The notes under the pieces were generated by a model, which made no database searches, was not told the DNA's origin, and worked only from the letters and a program-made list of their open reading frames with translations. Positions 12,950 to 25,898 of a DNA stretch of 64,000 nt are shown one piece after another; the first letter of the stretch is position 1, and each line of letters begins with the position of its first letter. A program made the translations under genes and the position numbers. Location of the stretch: contig NC_043014.1 of assembly GCF_006345805.1 (NCBI RefSeq), positions 19,034,001 through 19,098,000 of the forward strand, given 5' to 3'. This DNA is from Octopus sinensis (lineage: Eukaryota).

Positions 12950-14760
12950 TCCTAGGCAGCTTTGTTGGAATGGTAAGTCGTATCACACACAGGTTTTCAG
13001 CTTAGCAATGAGACCCGATTCGCATATCAACCCTCGTTGTTGTACAAAATCTCCATTCAATAAGGACTCAGGCACACTGTCATGCACTGACGAACCGTAA
13101 AAGATAAAGAATGACCACATGAAAATACGCGCCCCTCACTACTGTCCCGTCTGTTTCTGTATTGCATAGATGATTGTGGAGGGCATAGTTGAGATGGACA
13201 AGATTAATTCGGTCAGAGCATGTATTGTGTTTCCTCTAGACATGCTGTTAGCGAAATATTTGTACAATGATTGACCTAGTAAGCCTACTGACATTGCTTT
13301 TTCTATGTACTTTATGCTTGCTTTAGCTCATTGGCGAAGCCGTGCTTTTCAGTTGATTTTCATGTAGTTGCAGGAACTGTTGGGGTTGAATCGTGCTGCG
13401 ACAAGGCTTGTATTTTCATATTTCCGTTTCGTTTTTTATACTGTTTCCATTTTATCTGTGTTTAATGTACTATGTTAAGTGATGCACTGTCCAGGTTCGT
13501 TAACATTCTACTGTTGTTTGATTGGGATGCGATGAGTGCCGACTTGGACCTGCTAATAGTACATAACGTAGCTAATGAATTGTTTCTTACTTTCAGCGAA
13601 AAGTGGCACACTTGACATTAATCAGTTCATAGACACTTCATTTCTAACTCACCTCATTAGATAGGCTACTTATGTAAAAGATAAGGAAATTGAGAGATTT
13701 TTTATAGTGTGTTTATAGAATGCCGATATGTTCAAATGATATTACATCATCTAAGATATTGAGGATTATACTAACTTCCAGATCCAAAAGAATTTCGTGG
13801 TATTTGTACAAATGGTTGTAGATTTTGGTTGCCGCATGCTTCTGGTGGGCTCTAGTTGTTTTAGTTATATATCTAAATGTTACTATAGCCTTGACGCTTT
13901 TTTTCTTCAAATTTTCGCTTTCTTTTGGATTATTTGATGGTGAGTAGGGTTCAAAATCACTGTGTACGTAATTTTCGATTTTTTTTGTGTGTGGTTTTAA
14001 GAGGTAGATATTTAAAAACAAAAAGAACACTGATAAGAGCGTTTGTTTGATGATGAAATGTGGGTGTATTGTTTGATGTTGTGACACACAGTGTGGCGCA
14101 GCCGTTGTTGTTGTTGTTGATGTTGATGACGATAATTATTCTCTCTATATTTTGCTGATACTTTCACGGTCTTTGTAGGGTACACATGTTTACCAGTTTT
14201 CTATTTTCAGTAGTATATTTATTATATTTTCTGTTCGTTTTTCTGTTTTAGTTATTTCCTTGCTTAGATATTTGATGCTGAGATTTATTTCGATTGAGTT
14301 TGACTTTGGTGGATTGCTTCTGAAGTTGTCTCTGATTTTTTATGAAGTTGACTATTTCTGGTGCGTAATTAAGATTGTATTTTTATGTTGCCTTGTGATA
14401 TAACTTCTTTTTATGCGTCTATAATTATTTTTATGTACTACAGTTTCTTTGATGGCGATTCTGTTGTTATCGAGCCTCGATTCTGTTTTCTACTGGATTT
14501 CCTTCTATTGTGATATATTTTTCTGAAATTTCTGTTTTTACGTTCTTCATTGATGTGCGAGTATGTTGTAATAATTAGTAAGTGGTCCAAAGAAAATTGG
14601 TGAATTGTTAACCAAGTGTTTGCGTCAGGTAGAAGTGAGGATTAGAGTGTGACGTCCATGAAAGGGTTGTACAACTTATTTTTATGTATGGTGCGTGGGT
14701 GCTGGAGTAGATTGCTTAGGCTGTATTGGAAATTTACACGTGATGTTATGTTACCTCATT
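12950..14760 (-). pseudogene. Highly decayed Penelope-like retroelement ORF (tentative)
   Basis: Strand-biased composition. Minus-strand peptide fragments INLSIKYLSKEI (about 14260-14290), ENLKKKSVKAIVTF...AHQKHAATKI (ORF 13713..14087) and ALIASQSNNSRMLTNLDS occur in the order of recalled PLE motifs (INLS, NLxxEExxAL, PADKG, RPIVS...LDS). Many stops. Confidence 0.35.
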
Positions 14761-15527
14761 TTTTATCTTAACTATTTGGAAATCCTGTATAGTATTGATT
14801 GACATAAGTCTACACCAACGGTCAATGTTTCTGATTTTTTAAGTTTTGAAATTGGTGAACGTAACCTGAGGTGGAGGATCACAATATTTGCGCGCGCGCG
14901 CGTATGTGAGAGAGAGAAAGAGAGAGGGAAGGAGAGAGAAGAGTGAATGTGTTTCACAATTTTGGCTTTAGTACGTCTTTAGTATATTAGTGACTTTGTT
15001 TGTTTACAAATGCCGGTAATGATATCGGTAAATACTAAATGCAATATTTTATACATGGTATGAGATCATTGTCATGAAATCATCAGTCTTGTATAATTTG
15101 TATATAATTTAGTATGTTGGTTGTTTTGTGAACTGGTAGAAAGAATATCTCCTGAGCAATTGATATATGGCTCGTCCATGATGACAAAATCTTCTTGATC
15201 GGTAAAGGTCTTTCTAAATCACATAGTGTTATATATTTGACAAGTTTTAAAACTTTCTGGGCTGTATTCACAAAATGTAATTCCGTTTAAATATATATCT
15301 TCTATATTAATTCTTACTTGTTATATGTACTTCTACTGAAGAGATCTTAAGATGTTTGGAAGGGAGATAACAACTTTACAGCTTGTATAAAAGGCGTTGT
15401 TGCAGTAACTGCAATATATTTGTCGTAAACATATCGTTTTCATAATAATTTGTAAATGTTGCTTAATGACATGTGTATGAGCATATTTGTATGACTATAT
15501 TCTATCATATATAGTCAGGAGGGAAAT

Positions 15528-15665
15528 TGTTATTGAGCAAGACACTTTATTTTACGTTGCTCCAGTTCACTCAGCTGTAGAAATGAGTTGCAATGTTACT
15601 GGTTCCAAGCAGTCTCTTGAATAATATCGGTGGCATGGAGAGGGGGTTGTTGGTATGCACGGTCA
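15528..15665 (+). mobile_element. SINE family A fragment
   Basis: Contains gctccagttcactcagctgtagaaatgagttgc, identical to the family core. Confidence 0.8.
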
Positions 15666-16821
15666 ACAGTGTGGTGCTTACATTCGGTTGGCCTCCCAAT
15701 GCAATATTTTATCAACACAACTGTGCTTTCGTTTCTGCTCTTGTTCTGCTAGATTGCTCGTATATTCACTTAAGAGATGGTTAATGCTTTCGTCTCTTTC
15801 TTCTTAGATTTTGGATTTGCTCTCTGCCTGTCTTGTCAATATTTTCTTTCATCAAGTTCGTTCCAATGGCTTGTTTCTGAGGCAATAATTAGTGATACAG
15901 TCTTCTCGTTTCAGACTTTCAGCTCTCAGCCACATCCAACCTTCTTTACTTCCAACATGTTCGAGCTGTTGCAAAAACTGAATATTTAATTTTTTCTGTT
16001 TCTAGTAATTTGTCTTGTCATTCTTCTTTTTGTTCTAAATTTTCAGTCAATTTCAATAACTTTCTGGATTGGCTGAACCTTTAGCAGGCCGGACAATGTA
16101 TTAGTGGTATTTCGTCCAGCTTTACGTTCTGTGTTCAAAGTCTGTCGACACAAGTGCTTGTGTCTCATGTAATGGACTTCATCTCCTCCTCAAAAGTGTA
16201 TTGCGGCATTTCGTCCGACTCTTTAATCTGAGTAAAAATTCCATCATACTCGATGCATTCTTTCTTCCTTCCAATTTTCTACTTCATGCTTATCTTGATC
16301 TATACAGCTGGGAATGCATCTACCTGGCTCTGTGTGAACAGCATTATACATCTATGTGTTAATTTGTTCCAACGATAAAGCTTGTTAGTAATCTTTATTT
16401 GAATCTTGACTTATTTCACACCGAAATTATGGAAATGACGCAAAGAAAAGAAAACATGAAAAAGAAGAAAAAACATGAATGACGCAAAATTTGTCAATTC
16501 TTGAGGAGATTCCAGCTGATGCTTGTTGAAGTAAAATAGATCAAATATTGACGGCTATTAACTCCGGAGAACGTTGATACGTAATCAGCTCTTAAAATGC
16601 TAATCGAAAAATAAAAAGGAGCTCATAAAATCAATAATAAATTCAACCAATAATGCTATTCTCTTTGTCTTGAATTATCATTAAAGATTTCAGGGAAAAA
16701 TTTCCAGGTGAGAGCTTTAATGACAAATTTGAGCGAAAACGGGTCGTCATATGGAAGGCAGGTTGAATCTCATGTAATACTGAAGCTGCTGATGCTGCTG
16801 CTGATGATAATAATCTTTTAT

Positions 16822-17000
16822 CCTAGAGACATAAGGCCTGGAATTTTGCGAGAGAGGAATAGTCGATTATATCGACCACAGTGTTTGACTGATACTTAAA
16901 TTATTGACCCCGAAATTCTCTGCGGAATTTGAACTCAGACGGACGGAATGGCGTTAAGCATTTTTTCGGCGTGCTAACGATTCTGCCAGCTCAACGCCTT
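16822..17000 (-). mobile_element. SINE family D copy
   Basis: Contains cggcgtgctaacgattctgccagctc and gtcgattatatcgac. Confidence 0.8.
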
Positions 17001-17009
17001 AATAATATT

Positions 17010-17114
<105 letters not shown>

Positions 17115-17184
17115 GGTGGTGGTGGTGGTGGTAGTGTTGAGAAGTACAGTCTGGAAAAGGACATTGAAATAGTACGAGGATAAA

Positions 17185-17350
17185 ACAGAACGTGTCACCG
17201 CGAAGAACGGATATAAGATGTTAGATCTTACGATGCTGTGTGATTCAATGATTGATACCATTGGAACTCTTGACAACAGGTTGTTGTCCTCTCTCACAGA
17301 ATCAACCGGAGCAAGTGAAATCGAGTGCTCTGAAAAGTGAAAAGACACTA
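17185..17350 (+). repeat. Unclassified short repeat family; related copies at about 45830-45930 and 47465-47565
   Basis: Shared ttgacaacagg...acaga..aaccggag...tcgag.gctctga motif, followed by a trinucleotide tail in all copies. Confidence 0.55.
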
Positions 17351-18609
17351 CTACTACTACTACTACTACTGATGACGATGATGATGATGACGATGATGAT
17401 GATGATGATGATGATCATCATCATCATCATCATCATCACTTTCTATTATTTTTGATAAAAGTAATGATGCAGTACATTACAAACACGAATTAACATATAA
17501 TGATTTTTGAAAAATGCGTATACATGAAATATGAAACAAAATAAAGAGGGTAACATTGTAATGCCCATAATCGAAAGCCAATAAATCCCAAATTACACTA
17601 TCACAACTATGGTGTTTGACCTTCAGCTGTAGAATTAGAGTAGATTCACAGCAACGCCAAGCTTGTAACTCATCCACATTTCCGCAAATTTACTAAAACC
17701 TAACACTTTATTTCTGAAACTAACTTTTCAATTGAAACGTTAAGCCGTTGATGAAAATTTGGTGAGGAATATTGATTTATAACATTAAGATTACAAGTAT
17801 TCCTAGGATAAAGATTAGTTTCTTTAATTATCACCAATACTTGATTGGTATTTGTCATAGGATCTCGGGGAAAACAAAGGCAGCCTTAAAGTGGATGGGA
17901 ACATCAAAAGTTGTCATATAATGCAACAAAGCATTTTGTCGATCGTTCTGATAATTCTATCATCTCAACTCCCAATAATAATAATTTCTTGTAAATTATG
18001 GGTAAAGGGACTCATCAATCATATTGAACACATTATCTGACAGATAATTGTTTTTTATATTATTTTATTGAGCTCACTGTGCTGTAACTTAAGGAGACAG
18101 GAGGAGATTTCAAATTTAATCAGCGAATCTGTCAGATCATCATCCTTGTAATTGATGGATTTGTCAAAGATGAACGACTATTAGCAGTTGATTAATACAG
18201 AAAAAATGTAAAGTCTATTCAAGATTTCCCTGACAAAATGTAAAGTCTATTCAAAATTTCAGGTGTACTTTTTTTTCAAATTCACTATACCGGAGAAAAG
18301 ACAGAAGCAATGAATGTATCATGGTATTACAGACCTGTATCTCTTACTTTTTGCTGTTGTTTGTTCATTCTGTGATTTCAGTTACGATTAATGAAGGTAT
18401 TGATGGGTGAATGCTCTCTGTGAGATATCTATCGTCGAAACAATTAAACATTCAAATAGTAACGCTGTACTATTGGCGATTCCCTCTTACTACATTTATA
18501 AAAATACATACAGTCTATGCTTCACTGGCGATGTCATGACATTGTCGGAACATGTCTAGAGTTGTCTTCAGTGCTTGCAGAAATAATTCAAAGAATATTA
18601 CTCATTAGT

Positions 18610-18812
18610 CAGAAAGCAGAATCTTTAGTCCGTCGGGTAAAATGCTTAGAGGCATTTCGTCCGCATTTTGCGTTCAAATACGGCCTATATTGACTTTGCT
18701 TTTCATAATTTTGGGGTCGAGGAAATAAGTACCAGTTGAGTATTCGGATCGATCTAATCGATTTACCCGGTCACCCGAAATTTCTGTCATTGGTCAGAAT
18801 TTGAAACCAATA
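18610..18812 (+). mobile_element. SINE family D copy, diverged
   Basis: aaatgcttagaggcatttcgtcc...taagtaccagttgag...gaatttgaaaccaat. Confidence 0.75.
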
Positions 18813-19422
18813 TTACTCACTAGCTAGTATTGCTTATTTTATCAGAGCAGTAAATTTTAACGGATGGAAATAGCTGGTTCTCTTGAGTTTGTTCAGCATT
18901 CAATAACTTCACTCCACAGAAACTTAACATCTTACCATTAACCGTTACGACGACTCTCACCGAATTCCTATCTCCGTCTCAGATATTGTTCTTCTGTTTT
19001 TTAATCTTCGTCTCTTCGTCTTCGAGAATCGAAGTTTTTTAATGTTGCACCTGAGATGATTGCATAAATTCTATTCAAAATCACCCGATATAAAATTCGG
19101 TTATCTAAAGTGTGCTCATCACTGTTTTACCACCGATTGCATTGTTCATATTTATATCAATCTTAGCTGTTAACTCTTCTGTAGAACACGCTTGTTACCT
19201 TAGGAAAGAGGTGGATCTACTGGTAATGGTGATTATCGATCGGAGGGAATTTCTAAACAGTGTTGGTTATGTTTTGGTAGTTAAACGTCAACGCTCTTAT
19301 CGACGAGATATTACTTCTCTTTCCTATAAATACTTGTTGTTCTACCAAGTGTTCTTATATAATTATTCTTAATACTTCTCACTTTCATTATTACTGGTCC
19401 GCCTGTAAGAAGATTATTTCCC

Positions 19423-19465
<43 letters not shown>

Positions 19466-21042
19466 TGTAGTTTCTTTCCTCGAATATCTATCTTATGGAA
19501 ATTCCATCCTTTTTATTACCTTGTTACTACAATATTTATTTCGCTTTAAATTTTGTCTAGATTCTTGTAATGATTATTAAATCAGCTTCTCATTTATTTT
19601 TCTTCCCATTCTTTTGTAACTTCCAACAAGATAAATGTTTTATTACTGTTTTATTACTGCCTGCTGTGGAGCGACTTCTAATAAAGAAAAAAATATTATT
19701 TTAATGTCTCGTATGCTACACCCCTCACACTCATACACATACATAAACATATGCACACAAACACACGCACACGCACACACACACACATACATACGTATGT
19801 ATATGCATGTGTATATTTATTATGCACACATCTGATAGGCGACTTTCTTTAACAAAGCACGTACTCAATTTTTTGGTGGGACCTGAGACTCTGACACATG
19901 ACAAATCCTCAAAATGTCGACCAATGGGATCGAACAAGAGTCCACAAATTTGCTGAGCGAATTCCTGCGACTTCAAACTTCCGCTTTCACCGCCACTGTA
20001 CATTTATTTCATTCACAAATGAAACCACATACCTGCTGGACTTCTCATCAAAAGTGTATAGTCATACCACAGGAAATAGAGACAACAACTTTGTGTAGAT
20101 TTAAAGTTGCGACTAACGTTGAAGAATCTAGGTTATGTGTTTTTCGTACTTAATACGTGAGACAGCCAAATTTTATTTTGATTTTTTCTTTATTATTATT
20201 ATTATTATTATTGAATTTCTATTTGATTTTCGTCAGTTTTCATCTGTGGCATTTAAAGAGTGACCAATTGTACTTTGATTTGCTGCCAGACTTCTTGAAC
20301 TTAAATCACTGTGTGGCTTAAACATTTTTTTTTAATAATTATTTCTTTCTTTCTTTCTTTTTTCTTTCTTTCTTTCTTTCTCCCATTTGTCTCTCTCCTC
20401 CACTCCCTCTATCTCTCACCCACTCTTACTTCTATCTGTCAGTCAACAATGTCTCTCCTTCTCTGATTTTTTTCCCACATATACTTGAAAATGTGTGCGC
20501 GTGTGTATGTGTGTGTATGCCAGCACGTACGCATACAACACACTCGCTCGCGCGTGGGCATTAAATATTTAAAACTCAATACAGATTGACATTTTCACAA
20601 GGTCTGCGAATTCATGTTTTTATTTCTCCTCACATTTTTCTTTCTCTTTCTTTCTTCTGTTACCTCTGTTAATTTCTATCGCTTTATCAAACACGATTAC
20701 TACTTTTAAATCTATCGTATCATTCTAGAATTCTTCCTCACTCATTTTCTTTTCGCTTGTATTTTCTGATTTGCTCCATATCTCCTGCACTCTCTCTCTC
20801 CCTCTGAAAGTCTATCTGTCTTTCTCTCTCGTTCAGTCAGAATTCTTCTCAGTACGTTATTATAGGGAATAACTAAAGAGCTGACAAACAGTTCCAGTTC
20901 TGTGATACGGGTAGCTAACGCTATTTTGACTATTCCTGTAGCAACAACGTCACATTGTCTATAGTCGTCGTCGTCGTCGTCATGTTCGTTGTCGGCAGCG
21001 GCGGTGGCGACTTCATCTCGTATCAGACACTTTAGTTTCTTT

Positions 21043-21271
21043 TTAGCTGTACGCTTCCTTTATGGTGATAACTTTGATGTCTCTATTGACCAATTCCTGC
21101 ACAGAAGAGTCGATGCCATTCACTGCATGGTAATGTTGGTGAAGGACGAGGCTGATATTGTCGACCCTTTCCCTCCTGTCATTTGATTCCTGCCTTTTCT
21201 CTTCTGGCAACTTCGAAGTTTTTGGTTCCGATGGTGATGGAACACCGCCACCTGGTACGATTTTAGTAACG
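21043..21271 (-). CDS. Probable terminal coding exon of an unidentified minus-strand gene
   Basis: Strong minus-strand acceptor (cttgtttttgtttttgatttttgtgtag), then an open frame VTKIVPGGGVPSPSEPKTSKLPEEKRQESNDRRERVDNISLVLHQHYHAVNGIDSSVQELVNRDIKVITIKEAYS ending in TAA. Visibly more GC-rich than the flanks and non-repetitive. No matching upstream exon found. Confidence 0.5.
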
Positions 21272-22114
21272 CTACACAAAAATCAAAAACAAAAACAAGA
21301 ATGAATATAACAACATATACTGCAAAGCCTCAACAAATTTTCCAGAAGAACATCTTGTTATTACATGAATAGCCTATCAGTACCAATCAAGCAACCCCTT
21401 ATCCACAGCATTGACAGTGTTCCGTCAAATTTATTGCAGTAATTACGATAGAGGGGCATGTGAATATTTATAAAGGACAAAGAATCGTGAGGTTGGTGGT
21501 TCTTGACCGCCCGCAAATCACGGGTGACATAAACTATGGGGTAGAGACAGTTACTTTATTACATCTTTTACGTTTACCTACTACTGTAGCTTCTATTATC
21601 TGTGACTATGATATACAAAGCAAATAAAGGAGAAATTACGAAAATACAAATTTATGTATCATTTCTAACTTATGTTTCAATATTGTGGTTGTTTGGAACC
21701 TTACATCGGATGTTCCCAGTTCAATTGGATGCTTATCTACAAAATATCATCATGGGAGCGCGCGCACATACACACACACACGCAGATATATACATACCAT
21801 GTAAAACTCTTTAATTCCTATTAGAAAATGAAACACGTGTAATGGTGAAGAAATAATAACAGTAAATTTCCAAATTCCTGTTTTGTTATACAATAATTCC
21901 TGTTTTGTTATTTTCACATATTTTCACAATTTTCAATTTTAATATGTAATTTGAATCAATAAAACAATGACAGCAGCTACATATTGGATTGTAATAACGG
22001 AATAAGCAGATGTTTTTCAAGAGAGAACAGGTGGGATTTTCCCCACCTACCTACATAATATATTTCTCTCCCTTTCTCTCTCCTTCTCTCTTTCTCTCTT
22101 TCTATCTTTCTCTC

Positions 22115-22153
<39 letters not shown>

Positions 22154-22161
22154 TCTCTCTC

Positions 22162-22211
<50 letters not shown>

Positions 22212-22444
22212 GAGTTATATGTATATATGAGAATCGTTGACGATTTTTCCCTCCGTCTTCCTTTTCTATGGAACTTTCCTCTGTCAACTGTTTCTGAAGA
22301 AGAGCTTTTCTCGAGACTTTACACCATCTTTCTTTCCTTCTCTGAGAGTCTGCTAATACTTTACACGCACCATGTCTTCGTGTTGTTGTTTTTTTGTGTT
22401 TATTCTTCGTTTTTTGGTATTTACTATTGTGCATATATATATAT

Positions 22445-22487
<43 letters not shown>

Positions 22488-22757
22488 TTGACACACTCAT
22501 CCATCTATATATACATGGATATATACCTTGTCCAACACACACACACACACACACACGCTTATAGCTTTGATAGGTTTCAGCCAGTATAAGCCCAGGCTAT
22601 GTCTAACTTAAAAGCACCAATATATATATATATTATATATATTATATATATATATACATATATATGTGTGGGGGTGTTTATGTGTGTGTGTGTGTTTGTT
22701 TGTGTGTGTGTGCATGTGTGTGTGTGTAGCATATGCACATATTCATATAAACAGATG

Positions 22758-22880
22758 CGACCCCGAAAGGCTGACAGAGAAAGTTGACCTCGGCGGAATT
22801 TGAATTCAGATCGTAGAAACAGACAAAGTGCCGCTAAGCATTTACCCGGCGTGCAAACAATTTTGTCAGCTCACCGCCCC
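22758..22880 (-). mobile_element. SINE family D 5' fragment
   Basis: gacctcggcggaatttgaattcag...taagcatttacccggcgtgc...cagctcaccgcc. Confidence 0.75.
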
Positions 22881-23466
22881 AATGAACGTTATACTATTAT
22901 ACTATTAAGACCTCTTCCTACACAAACAACTTGAGATAAGATGACTAGTGGGAGGATACGCCTCGGCGACATTTCGGCGGGCTAATATTTACATAGACAC
23001 TTTAGCCGTTGCTGATCTAAATTTTCTTCAATGTATCCTAGTGTTGACTTCCCCAAAGAGCTTGGCTTCTGTAATATAGTGCGCTCTGTTTTGCTTACAT
23101 ATTCATCTCTCTTACCACTTATATTCTCTTTACAATAAGTTATTTGTTTCTTCGTTGACATAACACAGTCTCTTAAAGAATTGAATTGAAAGAAATATAT
23201 AGAGGGAGCTTTCAATAAGAAAAACCGTTTTTTTCACAAACGAGCGTAAGAATGTATATAAATACACTCACACTGCAACAGCATCAGCAACAGCAACAAC
23301 AAATAAGACGAGCTTCTCTCAGTTTCTGTTTACCAGATCCACTCACAAAATTTTGGTCGAACCCGCAATGGAACTGAACCCAGCACGAAGTAATCCTAAA
23401 AGCAAACTACTTGCCGCACACTTTTCGAAGCACTCTCTAAAGAATTAGAGCTGTAATGTATATTTC

Positions 23467-24091
23467 AGGAAGTTAAAAGTTATGACCGGTTATAAAGTGA
23501 CCACTGGTTTCTCACCTGTAAAGCGCCTAGCAGCATAGGCCACTGACTGAATACATCTATCCTGATGTCTAAAAAGGACCCCAGGTCGAGCAAGTCCTTG
23601 TTTTAAGATTCTTGGCTTCTCGGAAAAGCAAAGTTTATCTCATTTGCTTCCGTTTATATAAGGTCCTGGTTGTTCAAATAGCATCCATTTAATTATGCAT
23701 GGGATTCCTTCCACTTTTAAGCGCTATACGTGGCTGGCCAATACATGTTGTTGCACGACCCGGGAACCTTCATAATTTCCATGAAAGATTTATTCAATCA
23801 ATGCCTCCCTCTACTTCAGACTTGGAATTCACCATTCGGTGAATAATCTTTCCAGAGCTTCGAATATGACCCTGGCCGCAGCCGATGTATGGGGGTTAAA
23901 ACCCGTCCTCCAGCATGGACAGTTATATTTTGTTTACAAGACCAACTGACCATTACGTATTTCTTCCTCCAATTCTCGAGAGGGTATGCGCCTTCAGCCA
24001 TTAGAATCAGTCAAGTCGCCTATATTACTAAGCGTTTTATAGGTGCGACACCTATGGTCACTCTATGACCGCCCATAACTTTTAACTTCCT
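23467..24091. mobile_element. Non-autonomous DNA transposon with 37-bp TIRs
   Basis: 23467-23503 and the reverse complement of 24055-24091 match at 33 of 37 nt (AGGAAGTTAAAAGTTATG...GTGACCA). TA-rich flanks; no intact internal ORF. Confidence 0.75.
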
Positions 24092-24210
24092 AAGATATAT
24101 ATACATAGTTAATCCAAACATGAAAACACAAAGAGAAAACACAAAAACGCGAGGACGTGGAACAAGTATAGTGTTATTGGACGCTCATATATGCATATAT
24201 ATATATACAT

Positions 24211-24313
<103 letters not shown>

Positions 24314-24930
24314 TATATATATACATACATACATATATACATATATATATATATACTGAGAGAAAGAAAAGGAGAGATGTATGTACTTACACGGTTATGA
24401 GTGCGAACAGACGATATCAGAACACCACAAATTGCGTAGGTTCTGTTTGTATATCTACAGTTGTTGAATTACTCGGAATTCAATACGAAATTCAAACAGG
24501 GATTTGATCTCCCTAAAACGATAACATGCGCATTTTGGATGTCCATGGTTAGGCAATCCGCATAATGATAGATTAAGTTCACGATTGTTCAACTACACAC
24601 GCGTAAACTGACTTAACGGGCATTGGGATGTGATCAACATAATAACAATGTGATTTGGGGAATCCTTACAGCGAACGCGCGCAAGCACACACACAAAGAC
24701 ACACACACGTACACACACATATGCATACACACACATAGGTTTTATTTTCTATGTTTATACACGTATACTCACTTATATGTGCGTGTGTGTGTGTATGTGT
24801 GAATACATGCGCACCGCATAGACACATATTTGCATGTGTATGTATAAACACAATATATATGCAATAATATATCCGCATGTAGAAATATAAGGATATATAT
24901 CATTCCCATGAGAAGTATATGAACAGGAAT

Positions 24931-25312
24931 ATACATACACACATACATACATACATACATACATACATACATACATACATACATACACATACATACATAC
25001 ATACATACATCCATCCATCCATCCATCCATACATACATACATACATACATACATACATACACACACACATACATACATCCATCCATACATACATACATAC
25101 ATACATACATACATACATCCATACATACATACACACACATACATACATCCATACATACATACACACACATACATACATACATATATACATACATACATAC
25201 ATACATACGTACATACATACATACGTACATACATACATACATACATACATACATACATACATACATACATACATACATACATACATACATACATACATAC
25301 ATACATACATAC
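24931..25312. repeat. (TACA)n/(TCCA)n microsatellite
   Basis: Direct reading; source of the MYVC/HTYI ORFs. Confidence 0.97.
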
Positions 25313-25798
25313 AATGCTTTCTATTTATCAACGCAATAGAATCAATAAGCAAGGGAGACAAGGAGAAAGAGTAAGAAAGCAAGAGTGAGTACGAGAGAGA
25401 GAGAGAGACTGTGTGTTGTGAAGAAAGAGAAAGGAAGAAAGCCTAACAGAGAGACAGTAATTTAATGAAAGGAAATGTTAAAGTAGAGCGGTATTGTTGT
25501 TCGAAACGGAAGTGTTTACCAAAATTTTTCGATAATATTGTGAATACAAGCAACAGTCGATATGGTTTCTTTTTCACGTGAAGGCAGATTGACATCCATA
25601 GTATAGGCATGAAAAAGCAAAAAAAAAAAAAAAAAAACCCAAAGAACAAAGAAACATAAATATATATATATGGAATATAGGAGCATGTGAAAAGAAAAAA
25701 TTCAACATATACATAGAATTATCTATTGAACGAAATATATATATATATTCATACACTCTCACACCATATGACTGTATATGCATACATGCATAACATAC

Positions 25799-25835
<37 letters not shown>

Positions 25836-25848
25836 GTATATACATATA

Positions 25849-25898
<50 letters not shown>

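Noticed and set aside
22294-22320. CTGAAGA-A-GAG..CTC-GAGAC hammerhead-like string
   Set aside because: GAGA instead of GAAA, and no stem III/GUH or stem I.
22204-22554. 116-aa minus ORF with a charged region near the orphan exon
   Set aside because: Starts in microsatellite; no credible acceptor or donor.
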